Part shown: positions 29,637-39,220 of the stretch, one piece after another
How the letters are laid out: each line of letters begins with the position of its first letter
Numbering within the stretch: the stretch's first letter is position 1
DNA from: Parvibaculales bacterium
GTDB lineage: Bacteria > Pseudomonadota > Alphaproteobacteria > RS24
Assembly: GCA_049889415.1 (NCBI GenBank)
Contig: JBMHDL010000008.1
Location: 12,372 to 76,371 of the forward strand
DNA: 64,000 bases
Direction of reading: 5' to 3'
Notes under the pieces: generated by a model
The model's database searches: none
What the model was told of the DNA's origin: nothing
What the model saw: only the letters and a program-made list of their open reading frames with translations
Made by a program: the position numbers and the translations under genes

Positions 29637-30494
29637 ATGACACATCTTCATGAAATTTTAATGCTTGCCACCGCCTTTTTCGTCAGTCTGATGGCGACCC
29701 CCTTGGGGTGTTTGGTTGTCTGGCGTCGCATGGCTTATTTCGGGGACGCCCTTTCCCATACAGCACTGCTCGGAATTGCCTTGGGTTTGTTGATGGGAGG
29801 CAATGCACATCTTGGTGCGATTTTCATCTGTGCCATATTCGCCTTTGCAATGATTTGGATGGAAAACCGCTACAAGCTCTCGACGGACACATTGCTCGGC
29901 ATTCTGGCACATGGCGGGCTGGCGGTCGGCATTTTGACCTTAAGTTTGCTGCCCCCCCAAAATCAGACAGACGGCAATGCTGATGACGGGCATGCAAAAG
30001 ATGTCGATTTGCATGACTACGAACAGTATTTTTTTGGAGATTTATCCCAGACATCAGGAGAAAACCTTATGGTTCTGGGCTTTTCTGTCATGGTCATCCT
30101 TGCGCTGCTGTGGCGTTACTGGTCAAAGTTGATTTTGATGATTTTGAGTGAGGAACTCGCAACAGCGGAAGGGCACAACACGTTAAGGCTGAAATATGTT
30201 CTCCTGACATGCCTGACGGTTACGGTCGCCCTCAGTGTCCAGACAGTCGGGATTTTATTCACCACCTCCTTGTTGATTTTACCGGCGGCAGCAGCCCGGC
30301 AATGGTCCAGAACACCCAGAAATACGGTTATTTACGCATATATAGCCTCCCTCAGCGCCCTCGCATTGGGCGTGCCGACAGCTCTTGACATGGCTCTCCC
30401 TTACGGGCCAGTAATCGTCGCTTATATGAGCGCTTTCTTTGTCATATCCCTAATGGTGGCAGGGATTATCAGGAAAAAGCCACCAAGAATATAA
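29637..30494 (+). CDS. znuB: ABC-3 family metal permease (ZnuB-like)
   Basis: Polytopic ABC-3 pattern (VVWRRMAYFGDALSH ... LLILPAAAARQW), with an inserted acidic/His loop NQTDGNADDGHAKDVDLHD. Confidence 0.8.
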   Translation: MTHLHEILMLATAFFVSLMATPLGCLVVWRRMAYFGDALSHTALLGIALGLLMGGNAHLGAIFICAIFAFAMIWMENRYKLSTDTLLGILAHGGLAVGILTLSLLPPQNQTDGNADDGHAKDVDLHDYEQYFFGDLSQTSGENLMVLGFSVMVILALLWRYWSKLILMILSEELATAEGHNTLRLKYVLLTCLTVTVALSVQTVGILFTTSLLILPAAAARQWSRTPRNTVIYAYIASLSALALGVPTALDMALPYGPVIVAYMSAFFVISLMVAGIIRKKPPRI

Positions 30495-30500
30495 TAAGTA

Positions 30501-31829
30501 TTACTTATTAAGGAATTTAGGCAGATTTCCACCTGGAGAGATTTCCTTGGTGATCTTCACCATGGCTGAGGTAATCATGCTTAACTCTTCCGGCTGGATA
30601 ATGTAAGGCGGCATAGTGTACAATATGTTCCTAAAGGGACGAACCCAGACCCCCTCTTCAACAAAGCGTTGCTTGATGTGATTAAGGTCTTTCAGTCTGT
30701 CAAACTCAATCACCCCGATGGCGCCACGCACACGGACATCCCTGACCCCGATAAAGTCCGCCGCCGGCGCAAGCTCATCGCGCAATTGCACCTCAATCTG
30801 CTTGACCTGCTCAAGTCTCGGTTCCTGCTCAAACAATTCCAAAGAGGCCAAAGCAGCCCGACAGGCAAGAGGATTACCCATATAAGTCGGGCCATGCATC
30901 AATGCTTTGCTGTCATCATCCGACAAAAACGCTTCAAACACATCCGTCGAGGCAATGGTTGCCGCAAGCGCCATAGTGCCTCCGGTCAGGGATTTTGACA
31001 GAGTGAGAATATCAGGAACAATCCCCGCCCGTTCGCAGGCAAACATATGTCCCAACCGCCCAAGACCGGTCATGATTTCATCCGTCAAAAGCAGAACATT
31101 ATGGGCTTTGCATTGCGCATGAATGAACGACAAGGTGTCTTCATCATGAAACTTCATGCCTCCTGCCCCCTGAACCAGAGGTTCGATAACCACTGCAGCC
31201 AACTCATGACAGTGGGCTGCCAAAATCCGCGAAAAAGCCTCCTGCTCGTCCTGCGTATGCGGCACATCGACCAGAACCTGCTTGGCGAGCGCGTCCTTGA
31301 ACAGGCTGTGCATACCCTCCTCAGGATCACACACTGACATGGTGGCGAGCGTGTCGCCATGATAGCCGCCGGTGAAAGACAGGAACCTGTAGCGCCCTTT
31401 CTCCCCCTTGTTCATCCAATACTGAACAGCCATTTTCATACCGACTTCGACGGCAACGGAACCGGAGTCGGAAAAAAACACATGATTGAGATGGCCGGGA
31501 CACAGATCCGCGAGCTTTTTTGCCAACCGGCTGGCCGGCTCATGCTGAAATCCACCAAGCATGACATGCGGGAGTTTCTGGAGTTGGTCCATGACAGCCG
31601 CCTCGATATGCGGATGGCGGTAACCATGACAGGTTGACCACCAACTGGACACGCCATCAACCAACTCCCGCCCGTCCGTTAGCTTGATGCGGACACCCTC
31701 GGCACTTGCCACGGGCAGGCCCAGCGGTGTTGTCTGCATCTGGGTGTAGGGCGGCCAAAGATGGTCTGCGCCGTCCAGTTGCCAATCAGGATGCCGGTTA
31801 AGTGCCGGATTTTCAGGTGATACGGTCAT
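30501..31829 (-). CDS. bioA: Adenosylmethionine-8-amino-7-oxononanoate aminotransferase
   Basis: WWSTCHGYRHP ... FFSDSGSVAVE ... DEIMTGLGRLG ... LSKSLTGG (PLP lysine) matches BioA. Confidence 0.9.
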   Translation of the reverse strand: MTVSPENPALNRHPDWQLDGADHLWPPYTQMQTTPLGLPVASAEGVRIKLTDGRELVDGVSSWWSTCHGYRHPHIEAAVMDQLQKLPHVMLGGFQHEPASRLAKKLADLCPGHLNHVFFSDSGSVAVEVGMKMAVQYWMNKGEKGRYRFLSFTGGYHGDTLATMSVCDPEEGMHSLFKDALAKQVLVDVPHTQDEQEAFSRILAAHCHELAAVVIEPLVQGAGGMKFHDEDTLSFIHAQCKAHNVLLLTDEIMTGLGRLGHMFACERAGIVPDILTLSKSLTGGTMALAATIASTDVFEAFLSDDDSKALMHGPTYMGNPLACRAALASLELFEQEPRLEQVKQIEVQLRDELAPAADFIGVRDVRVRGAIGVIEFDRLKDLNHIKQRFVEEGVWVRPFRNILYTMPPYIIQPEELSMITSAMVKITKEISPGGNLPKFLNK

Positions 31830-31865
31830 TTTAGCCCTTTGAATGACACTAACTATAGCTTTTCA

Positions 31866-31891
31866 AACCTATTTTTCATAGGGTATAGGTT
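31866..31891. promoter_or_regulatory. Nested inverted repeats in the bioA/bioF divergent region (candidate operator)
   Basis: CCTAT-TTTTC-ATAGG (31868-31882) is nested in AACCTAT-N12-ATAGGTT (31866-31891). It does not match the BioR TTATMKATAA motif as I recall it. Confidence 0.25.
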
Positions 31892-31964
31892 GTCGCGCCG
31901 GTCAGGGGTGGCACACTCATTAACCGGGACGAACCTCGCCACACACTGCGTAACAAACGGACGT

Positions 31965-33155
31965 ATGACTGCTGACAGGACACCATCCTCACTGGACGCT
32001 TTTGCCGCAACCAAGCTTGAGCAGCTTGAATTACGTCAAGCACGCCGGTTTCTCGTCTCGACAACACGCGGCCCGCAAGCGGCTGCTTCACGACCCGACA
32101 GCGCAGACGGCCTGATCAGCTTTTCCTGCAATGATTATCTTGGTCTGTCCCAACACCCCAAAGTCATCACTGCGGCACAACAGGCAACCGAAACATACGG
32201 CACGGGCGCCGGCGCCTCCCGCTTGATCACCGGCAACCATCCGCTGTTTGCGGAACTTGAGTCACAGCTTGCGGCCCTGAAAGGTACCCGGGATTGTCTC
32301 GTATTCGGGTCAGGCTACCTCGCCAATATCGGCATTATTCCAGCACTGTGTGGTCCCAAAGACCTGCTGCTGGTGGATGAGCTGGCTCACGCCTGCATCA
32401 ATGCCGGCGGACAATTGTCGAGCGCGAAACTAATCCGCTTCAAACACAATGACATGACGGATCTGGCCCAACTACTAGAGGTGCAGCGTCCCCACCATGA
32501 CCACTGCTTGATTGTCACGGACGGCGTGTTTTCGATGGACGGTGACCTGGCTCCGCTTCCTGAGATAAGACGGCTGGCAGATCAACATGATGCCTGGGTG
32601 ATGAGTGATGACGCACATGGTCTGGGCGTCGTCGGCGGCGGGCGCGGTAGTGCTCATGCCTTCACCCCCGCCGTGCGGGTTGATCTGCATATGGGCACCT
32701 TGTCCAAGGCCGTGGGCGGTTATGGTGGTTATGTCTGCGCCAGCCGCACCGTCTGTGATCTTTTGCGCAACCGGGCCAGAAGTCTGGTGTTTTCAACCGG
32801 CCTGGCACCGATGAATGTCGCCGCCGCCAGCGCCGCACTGAACATCATTCACACTCAGCCGGAGCTGTGTTCTTTACCGGTCGAAAAGGCGGCCTTATTC
32901 TGCAGACATCTCGGACTTGAACCGCCGCAATCACCTATAGTTCCGATTATTCTAAAAACCAATGAGGCTGTGATGCAGGCTTCCGAAACCCTTTTGTCGC
33001 ACGGCTTTCTGGTCAGCGCCATTCGGCCGCCGACAGTTCCCGAAAATACAGCCCGTCTGCGGTTTGCATTTTGCGCCGATCATCGGGAAGAGGATATTGC
33101 GCGTTTGGCGCAACAGGTCGCCGGGATCCTCGCCAATCAGAGGGCCGGCGGATGA
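31965..33155 (+). CDS. bioF: 8-amino-7-oxononanoate synthase
   Basis: NDYLGLSQHP ... GSGYLAN ... SDDAHGLGV ... GTLSKAVG (PLP lysine). ATG at 31965. Confidence 0.9.
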   Translation: MTADRTPSSLDAFAATKLEQLELRQARRFLVSTTRGPQAAASRPDSADGLISFSCNDYLGLSQHPKVITAAQQATETYGTGAGASRLITGNHPLFAELESQLAALKGTRDCLVFGSGYLANIGIIPALCGPKDLLLVDELAHACINAGGQLSSAKLIRFKHNDMTDLAQLLEVQRPHHDHCLIVTDGVFSMDGDLAPLPEIRRLADQHDAWVMSDDAHGLGVVGGGRGSAHAFTPAVRVDLHMGTLSKAVGGYGGYVCASRTVCDLLRNRARSLVFSTGLAPMNVAAASAALNIIHTQPELCSLPVEKAALFCRHLGLEPPQSPIVPIILKTNEAVMQASETLLSHGFLVSAIRPPTVPENTARLRFAFCADHREEDIARLAQQVAGILANQRAGG

Positions 33156-33853
33156 CGCAACTTCACAAACAGGTCTTTGTCGCCGCAACCGGAACGGATA
33201 TCGGCAAAACCTATGTTACCGGTGCTCTCATCCGGCATTTGCGGGCGACCGGCATTGCGGCCTGTGCGCTCAAACCCGTCATCAGCGGTTTTGAGGACGA
33301 CAATATTGCCGAGAGTGATACCGGCCAATTGCTGGCTGCAATGGATAGACCTCCAACCCCAGACGAAGCCGCTAAAATATCCCCTTGGCGCCTGCGGGCC
33401 GCATTGTCCCCGGACATGGCAGCGGCGCGTGAGAACCGGCACATTGAGATACAGGAAGTCACGAACTTTTGCCGTCAGGACGCCAACCGCTCAGATGCCG
33501 ACATCACCTTTATTGAAGGGGTGGGCGGCATTATGGTGCCCCTCAATGCAAGTGCAACAACATTGGACTGGCAAGTTGCATTGAACATACCCTGCCTGCT
33601 GGTCATCGGCAGCTATCTGGGTACCATGTCACACTGCCTGACGGCTCTGGATACCCTGTCGGCCAAGGGTATCATGCCGTTGGCGGTCATTTTGAACGAG
33701 TCGCCCCAAAGCCCGGTACCCTTGGCAGAAACCGCCGCCTCCCTCATCCCTTTTGTCAATGACATCCCGATCGTGCCGCTGCCGCGTAACGGAGCTTTTT
33801 CTGAACAGGACAGGGTTTACGATTTGCTAACCGACACACGCTTAAAGTCATAA
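33152..33853 (+). CDS. bioD: Dethiobiotin synthase
   Basis: VFVAATGTDIGKTYVT (P-loop) ... IEGVGGIMVP. ATGA overlap with the bioF stop. Confidence 0.9.
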   Translation: MTQLHKQVFVAATGTDIGKTYVTGALIRHLRATGIAACALKPVISGFEDDNIAESDTGQLLAAMDRPPTPDEAAKISPWRLRAALSPDMAAARENRHIEIQEVTNFCRQDANRSDADITFIEGVGGIMVPLNASATTLDWQVALNIPCLLVIGSYLGTMSHCLTALDTLSAKGIMPLAVILNESPQSPVPLAETAASLIPFVNDIPIVPLPRNGAFSEQDRVYDLLTDTRLKS

Positions 33854-33878
33854 ACCCTTTAACAATTGAGCTTGTATT

Positions 33879-34583
33879 ATGCGTTGTGTTTTTTTGTATT
33901 TGTCATCCCTTTGTTTTGTCTTGCCTTTACTGTTTAAACACCCTCTTGAGGCACAGGCCGAAACCCGTTTTTTCGGTCAGGTGAATCTGTCACACCACAA
34001 ATTTGAGTACAGCACCGTCGGTGGTACGCATCCCGGGTTGCTGCAACATCAGGGCACCGAAAGCACCTCCCTTGAAATCGGGATGCAGTTACGGGAGACT
34101 TTCCCGCTTGAAATCAGCCTGAAATCTGAAGAAATTGACTTTGAGTTGGATCAGGCCCTGCTTCACGATTACAGATTGCTGGATGACGGACAACTGTACC
34201 GGATCGGGCTGACCCCGGGCACTTATGATGGCAACCTGCAACTGCTCAGCCTGAATATCACCCATACTTTTGAAAACACTTTTGCCGGCTTCCGTCCCTT
34301 CGCGGGACTGGGCCTGACCAAAGGCACATTCAAGACTCCGCTCTCGGATTATACCGATCCGGATGTTGACGGTTATAGTTTAAACTTCGGTGTTCGCTAT
34401 GAAATCTCGCCGTCAGCTTATTTCAAAATCGGCGTAAATTTTCATAATCAGAGTGTCGATGCCCGCCATATGGGGCAACCGACAGCCCTCACCGGGCTGC
34501 CGGAATATATACCGGAAAGCAGCCTTGATTATGAGACCATCTGGATTGGCTTTGGATTGCAGACCCGCCCGATGCTGAGGTGA
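33879..34583 (+). CDS. Putative outer-membrane beta-barrel protein
   Basis: Signal peptide ending EAQA. Alternating hydrophobic beta-strand pattern and an aromatic-rich C-terminus (IWIGFGLQ). No specific family recognised. Confidence 0.5.
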   Translation: MRCVFLYLSSLCFVLPLLFKHPLEAQAETRFFGQVNLSHHKFEYSTVGGTHPGLLQHQGTESTSLEIGMQLRETFPLEISLKSEEIDFELDQALLHDYRLLDDGQLYRIGLTPGTYDGNLQLLSLNITHTFENTFAGFRPFAGLGLTKGTFKTPLSDYTDPDVDGYSLNFGVRYEISPSAYFKIGVNFHNQSVDARHMGQPTALTGLPEYIPESSLDYETIWIGFGLQTRPMLR

Positions 34584-34594
34584 CGGCAGACACA

Positions 34595-34819
34595 TCAATA
34601 ATGCGGCGGTTTTTCACCATCCGGCGCCGTTATTGAAAAATCTTCAACCTGTTGGATGCGCTCCTTCAACATGTGCAGACTGCGCTCAACCTTTTCCAAA
34701 GTCTGCCCGTCCTTGTGCGACTGCTGGCTCAGCTCCTCAATCAGTACCGCCTGATGCGTCACAAGCTCCTCCAGCCGTGTCAGGCGTACCGCCAACTCGT
34801 CTTTCTCACGATCCGTCAA
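34595..34819 (-). CDS. slyX: SlyX-family coiled-coil protein (TTG start)
   Basis: ELAVRLTRLEELVTHQAVLIEELSQQ is SlyX-like. AAGGAGG lies 8 nt upstream of an in-frame TTG (complement 34817-34819). The long upstream ORF extension lacks an RBS. Confidence 0.6.
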   Translation of the reverse strand: MTDREKDELAVRLTRLEELVTHQAVLIEELSQQSHKDGQTLEKVERSLHMLKERIQQVEDFSITAPDGEKPPHY

Positions 34820-34912
34820 ACCCGACCCCCTCCTTGTGGAAATAATTCTTGGAATGATATTGTTTTGCAATATTCTCAGCCAGTATAACCCATAAGACGC
34901 ATCCGGGTACAA

Positions 34913-36001
34913 ATGATGACACAGTACAATTTGGACATTCTGGCAGGCCCGACAGCTTATCGGCATATTCAGGAAAACGGTCTGCAACCGTCTGACATCA
35001 CCCGTATTATGGGGGCGTCCGGCGCCTCGAAATGGCTGACCATTGCCGGTCTAGATATTGTGATTTTCGGGGACTGGCTGGCGGAAAGCCGGCACGATAT
35101 CAGCCTGTTCGGGACATCCGTCGGAGCCTTCAAACTGGCCGCCGCCGCCAGCAGCAACTCTGCCGAGAAGCTGACGCAACTGGCTGACCTGTATGCCGCT
35201 TATGACGATTCCGGCCTCAGCGGTTCGATGCGGGATGTGATCACCCAGTCCACCCGAAACATGATTCACACAGTGCTCAATCGGGAGATTTCAGAGCAAA
35301 TCCTCAACAATCCAAGATTCCGCTACCACTGCGGTACGGTTCGCCCATTGGGCTGGTTTGCCGCCGACAGTCTGGCACAACAAAGTATGGCGCTAACCAG
35401 CGCGCTGGCCAAGTCCCCTTTCAGCCGCACGGAATTAAGTCATCTTTGTGAACGGGTCATTTTTCAGGACCCCCGTTCCCGGGAAAGCATTGTGCAAGGT
35501 GATGCCTATCCGACAACAGTTCTGGATCTGACTCCGGATAATCTGATTGATGCCGTTATGTCCTCAGGCTCCATGCCAGTCTATATGCATCCGGTCAGTC
35601 ACACGGTTCAGGAAAAGCGGGAAAATCTTTATGACGGTGGTATGCTGGACTATCACCCCGTGCCGGATGTGTTCTGGCAACCCGATCACGGCCTGACACT
35701 GTATCCGCATTTCTACAGCACAGTAAAACTGAAATGGTTTGATAAATTCTACCCGTGGCGCCGGGCCGGTGCCAGAGAGCTTGATCGTGTCATTCTGCTA
35801 TGTCCGAGCCGTGCCTTTATTGACACCCTGCCGGATCGCCGCATTCCGTCACGTCAAGACTTCAGGCGATATGCAAAAAACCCGGACATCAGGGCACAAA
35901 AATGGACGGAAACAGTGGAGCGCAGTCATGAACTCGGCTATGACTTTATGCAGGTGGTTCAATCCGGTGATATCGCAAAGCGTGTAAAACTCATCACATG
36001 A
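34913..36001 (+). CDS. Patatin-like phospholipase family protein
   Basis: Gly-rich oxyanion region (IMGASGASKW), GxSxG (GTSVGA) and the catalytic DGG (LYDGGMLDY), in patatin order. Confidence 0.65.
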   Translation: MMTQYNLDILAGPTAYRHIQENGLQPSDITRIMGASGASKWLTIAGLDIVIFGDWLAESRHDISLFGTSVGAFKLAAAASSNSAEKLTQLADLYAAYDDSGLSGSMRDVITQSTRNMIHTVLNREISEQILNNPRFRYHCGTVRPLGWFAADSLAQQSMALTSALAKSPFSRTELSHLCERVIFQDPRSRESIVQGDAYPTTVLDLTPDNLIDAVMSSGSMPVYMHPVSHTVQEKRENLYDGGMLDYHPVPDVFWQPDHGLTLYPHFYSTVKLKWFDKFYPWRRAGARELDRVILLCPSRAFIDTLPDRRIPSRQDFRRYAKNPDIRAQKWTETVERSHELGYDFMQVVQSGDIAKRVKLIT

Positions 36002-36032
36002 CAGCCAGGACTACAAAAACTAAGAGGAACAG

Positions 36033-36974
36033 ATGGTCAAAATACTGTCACAAATAGAACTTCCGGAACTGGAACAAGCTGTTAAGTCCGCACATGACGA
36101 TGTTGACATCAGCTATCTCGGCATTGGTGAAAACGTACCGGCCGGCACCAGTGCCGACTGTCTGTTGGCGGTTGCTTCAAATTTACAGGGGCTGGATGCC
36201 GTCATAGCAGATATTGAAGGGCTGAAATGGGTACAGGTCGTCGGCTCCGGCATTGACGGTTTTCCGCTGAATGCTCTGGGAGACAGGGTCCTGACCACCT
36301 GCAAAGGCGTCAGTGCCGTGCCGATTGCAGAATGGGTCATGGCCATGATTTTGACGCAGGCCAAAAGCCTCCCCGGCCAGTGGATCAGCGCCCCGCCGGA
36401 AACCTGGAGTTTCGGCAATGCCCCGATAGCGAGTTTGAACACCCAAAAGCTGGCGCTTGTCGGTTTCGGGACCATTGGGCGGGCAATCGCCCAACGTGCT
36501 TTGGCTTTCGGCATGCAGGTCAGCGCCATGACGCGGACATCGACACCAGATCTTGACGGGGTCAACCACGCCTCAAGTTTTTCAGAACTGGTGAAAAACG
36601 CCGACCATATTGTACTGGCGGCTCCGAGCACCAAGGCGACGCACCACCTGCTCAACCGGGAAACCTTTGCCGCCCTGAAACCGGGTGCCCATTTAATCAA
36701 TATCGCCCGCGGCGAGTTGGTCAATGAGGCGGATCTGAAAACCGCCCTTGATGATGGCATTATCAGCTGCGCTTCACTGGATGTGGCGCAGAACGAACCG
36801 CTGACGGACGGTCACTGGTTTTATACCGATGCGCGCATCCGTTTCAGTCCGCACATCTCCTGGGGAGATCCGGAAATCGTTGAGCGTATGACCAGGGTTT
36901 TTCTTGAAAACCTTGCCTTGTTCAAAAATGATCTGCCGTTGAAAAACGTGTTTGATGTGGAGGCCGGCTACTGA
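36033..36974 (+). CDS. D-isomer-specific 2-hydroxyacid dehydrogenase (NAD-binding)
   Basis: LALVGFGTIGRAIAQR (GxGxxG) ... LINIARGELV ... ASLDV ... PHISW are family motifs. Confidence 0.85.
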   Translation: MVKILSQIELPELEQAVKSAHDDVDISYLGIGENVPAGTSADCLLAVASNLQGLDAVIADIEGLKWVQVVGSGIDGFPLNALGDRVLTTCKGVSAVPIAEWVMAMILTQAKSLPGQWISAPPETWSFGNAPIASLNTQKLALVGFGTIGRAIAQRALAFGMQVSAMTRTSTPDLDGVNHASSFSELVKNADHIVLAAPSTKATHHLLNRETFAALKPGAHLINIARGELVNEADLKTALDDGIISCASLDVAQNEPLTDGHWFYTDARIRFSPHISWGDPEIVERMTRVFLENLALFKNDLPLKNVFDVEAGY

Positions 36975-37477
36975 TGGTGAAACTGCTCTTATGGCGCCAT
37001 GCAAAAGCGGTTCATCAAGACGGATTGCAGGACATGGACCGCTTCCTGACCGCGCGGGGGCGTGAGGAACGCCAGGTCAGCGCAAAACGAATCGAAGCCG
37101 CCCACTCCCCTGACGCCATCATCTGTTCCGTGGCCACCCGAACACGCGAAACCCTTGAAGCCCTCACGGCGGATGTCAATCCATTGTTCAGCGAATTGCT
37201 CTACCATTGTTACGTTGAGGACATTCTGGATATCGCCCAGGGTATTGATGATGCTTATCAGACGCTTCTGCTTGTCGGGCATAATCCGGGGTTTGAGGAC
37301 TTTATCCTGCAGGTGCAGGCCAACACGCAAGCGCACCGGGCCCAACTCAACTATAAATTCTACCCCGGCGACTTGGCCGTGATTGAATGGTCGGACGCCA
37401 GCTGGGGCGGCATCCAACTCAAAGATGCTGTCCTTGCAGAAATCACCAGCGTCCGCAAGCACCCTTCAACCCGATAG
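36974..37477 (+). CDS. Histidine phosphatase family protein (SixA-like)
   Basis: LLLWRHAKA (RHG-type motif) ... CSVATRTRET ... LLVGHNPG. Start overlaps the upstream stop (TGATG). Confidence 0.75.
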   Translation: MVKLLLWRHAKAVHQDGLQDMDRFLTARGREERQVSAKRIEAAHSPDAIICSVATRTRETLEALTADVNPLFSELLYHCYVEDILDIAQGIDDAYQTLLLVGHNPGFEDFILQVQANTQAHRAQLNYKFYPGDLAVIEWSDASWGGIQLKDAVLAEITSVRKHPSTR

Positions 37478-37483
37478 CGGACT

Positions 37484-38680
37484 TCAGGTCAGACGCTCAT
37501 AAATGGCGGCAATGCCCTGCCCGCCACCAATGCACAATGTAATCAGGGCATAACGTCCATTGATACGCTGAAGTTCATAAAGGGCTTTGGTCGATATGAT
37601 GGCCCCTGTTGCGCCGACCGGATGCCCCAGGGCAACCGCACCGCCATTCGGGTTGGTTTTTTCAGCCGGGAAACCAAGCTCTTTTGATACGGCACAGGCC
37701 TGCGCAGCAAAAGCCTCATTGCTCTCAATCACGTCAATGTCGTCAAGGCTCAGACCGGTGGACTCAAGCACTTTCCGCACTGCAGGAATCGGCCCGGTGC
37801 CCATGATGGACGGCTCAACACCCGCCCGTGCATAACCGACAATGCGTGCCATCGGCTGCAATCCGTTCTCCGCCGCATAGGCGGCATCGGCCAGCACCAG
37901 CATGGACGCACCGTCATTGATGCCGGACGCATTGCCGGCCGTCACCGTGCCGCCATCCTTCTTGAAGGCCGGCGGCAGACCAGCAAGGCCGTCAGCAGTC
38001 ACATCTGCTCTGAAATGCTCATCCGTGTCAAAAACAACCGTTTCGCGGCGGCGTTTCACCTCAACCGGCACAATCTGCTCTTTGAAATAGCCATTCTCAC
38101 TGGCATGGGCCGCCCGGCGATGGCTTTCCGCCGCAAACGCGTCCTGCGCTTCGCGGGAAATATCAAATTGCTCGCCAACTTTCTCGGCCGTCATCCCCAT
38201 ATGTCCGGCTCCGAACGGATCCGACAGCGTGGCCAGCAAATCATCTTCAAAAGCCAAAGACCCCATGCGTTGCCCATCGCGTGGCGCCGCACTGGAAAAT
38301 GTCGATTGCGACATCACTTCCGCACCGCCGGCCACCGCCAGTTTCACTTCCCCCGTTTGAATTTGCTGCGTTGCATTGACAATGGCCTCAAGCCCTGACC
38401 CGCACAAGCGGTTAACGGTAACCGCATGGCTTTCAATGCCCATGCCCGCTTCAATCGCAATGACTCTGGAGACGTAAGCGTCTTTTGATTTGGTCCGGAT
38501 CACATTGCCGACGACCGCCGACTGAATGTCCGACACATCAACTCCGGCACGCTTGGCGGCTTCTTGTACACATACCGCCCCCAGTGTTTCGATCGGAGTC
38601 CTGGACAGGCTGCCGCCAAACCGGCCGACCGCGGTCCGGACAGCGCTTAAAATCACAACATCATTCAAATCAGGCATCAT
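37484..38680 (-). CDS. Acetyl-CoA C-acetyltransferase (thiolase II)
   Basis: VNRLCGSGLEA (active Cys) ... NEAFAAQ ... NPNGGAVALGHPVGATG ... LCIGGGQG. Confidence 0.92.
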   Translation of the reverse strand: MMPDLNDVVILSAVRTAVGRFGGSLSRTPIETLGAVCVQEAAKRAGVDVSDIQSAVVGNVIRTKSKDAYVSRVIAIEAGMGIESHAVTVNRLCGSGLEAIVNATQQIQTGEVKLAVAGGAEVMSQSTFSSAAPRDGQRMGSLAFEDDLLATLSDPFGAGHMGMTAEKVGEQFDISREAQDAFAAESHRRAAHASENGYFKEQIVPVEVKRRRETVVFDTDEHFRADVTADGLAGLPPAFKKDGGTVTAGNASGINDGASMLVLADAAYAAENGLQPMARIVGYARAGVEPSIMGTGPIPAVRKVLESTGLSLDDIDVIESNEAFAAQACAVSKELGFPAEKTNPNGGAVALGHPVGATGAIISTKALYELQRINGRYALITLCIGGGQGIAAIYERLT

Positions 38681-38775
38681 TCTTTCCCCTTTTTTTCTTC
38701 AGTGTGTGTCTTTTCGCATTTATTCCACATAAAGAAAAGAGGGACGCGTTGACTCTCCAATAATTTCATCTTAAT

Positions 38776-38790
38776 GTTCATGTTCTGTTC
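38776..38790 (+). promoter_or_regulatory. LexA (SOS) box, alphaproteobacterial type, upstream of umuD
   Basis: Exact GTTC-ATGTTCT-GTTC direct repeat, 20 nt upstream of the ATG at 38810. Confidence 0.7.
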
Positions 38791-38809
38791 TTTTTTCAGA
38801 AGTTGCGTT

Positions 38810-39220
38810 ATGTTGTATCAAGCTAGTGTGCTGCGCACGGTGCGGCGTCCCTTTTTCGTCTCCAGAGTTTCAGCCGGCTTTCCAAGCCCGGCCGATGATT
38901 TTGTTGAAGGCAGCCTCGACCTGAACCAGCACTTGATCGGACATCCGCAGGCCACGTTTTTTCTGCGTGTTTCCGGCGACAGCATGACCGGCGCCGGAAT
39001 TTTTCCCGGTGATCTGCTGATTGTTGACCGCAGCCTGACCCCGACCCATAATGATATTGTGATTGCCGTGGTGCATAATGAACTGACCGTTAAACGGCTG
39101 GTACGGCGCGGCGGCGAACATGTTTTGCGACCTGAAAACCCGGCCTATCAAGAGATCCCCCTGCCCGAGGATGCTGAAATATGGGGGGTCGTCAGCCATA
39201 CCATTCATGGGTTCAGGTGA
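38810..39220 (+). CDS. umuD: Translesion-synthesis protein UmuD-like (S24 LexA-type self-cleaving peptidase)
   Basis: [12 protein letters not shown] ... [10 protein letters not shown] (Ser nucleophile) ... [10 protein letters not shown] (Lys). The start is chosen downstream of the SOS box. Confidence 0.85.
   Translation: MLYQASVLRTVRRPFFVSRVSAGFPSPADDFVEGSLDLNQHLIGHPQATFFLRVSGDSMTGAGIFPGDLLIVDRSLTPTHNDIVIAVVHNELTVKRLVRRGGEHVLRPENPAYQEIPLPEDAEIWGVVSHTIHGFR

Noticed and set aside
31909-31924. Sigma-54-like TGGCAC-N5-TTAA upstream of bioF
   Set aside because: The -12 element lacks the conserved GC (TTAA instead of TTGC) and no enhancer-binding protein gene is nearby. Probably a chance match.
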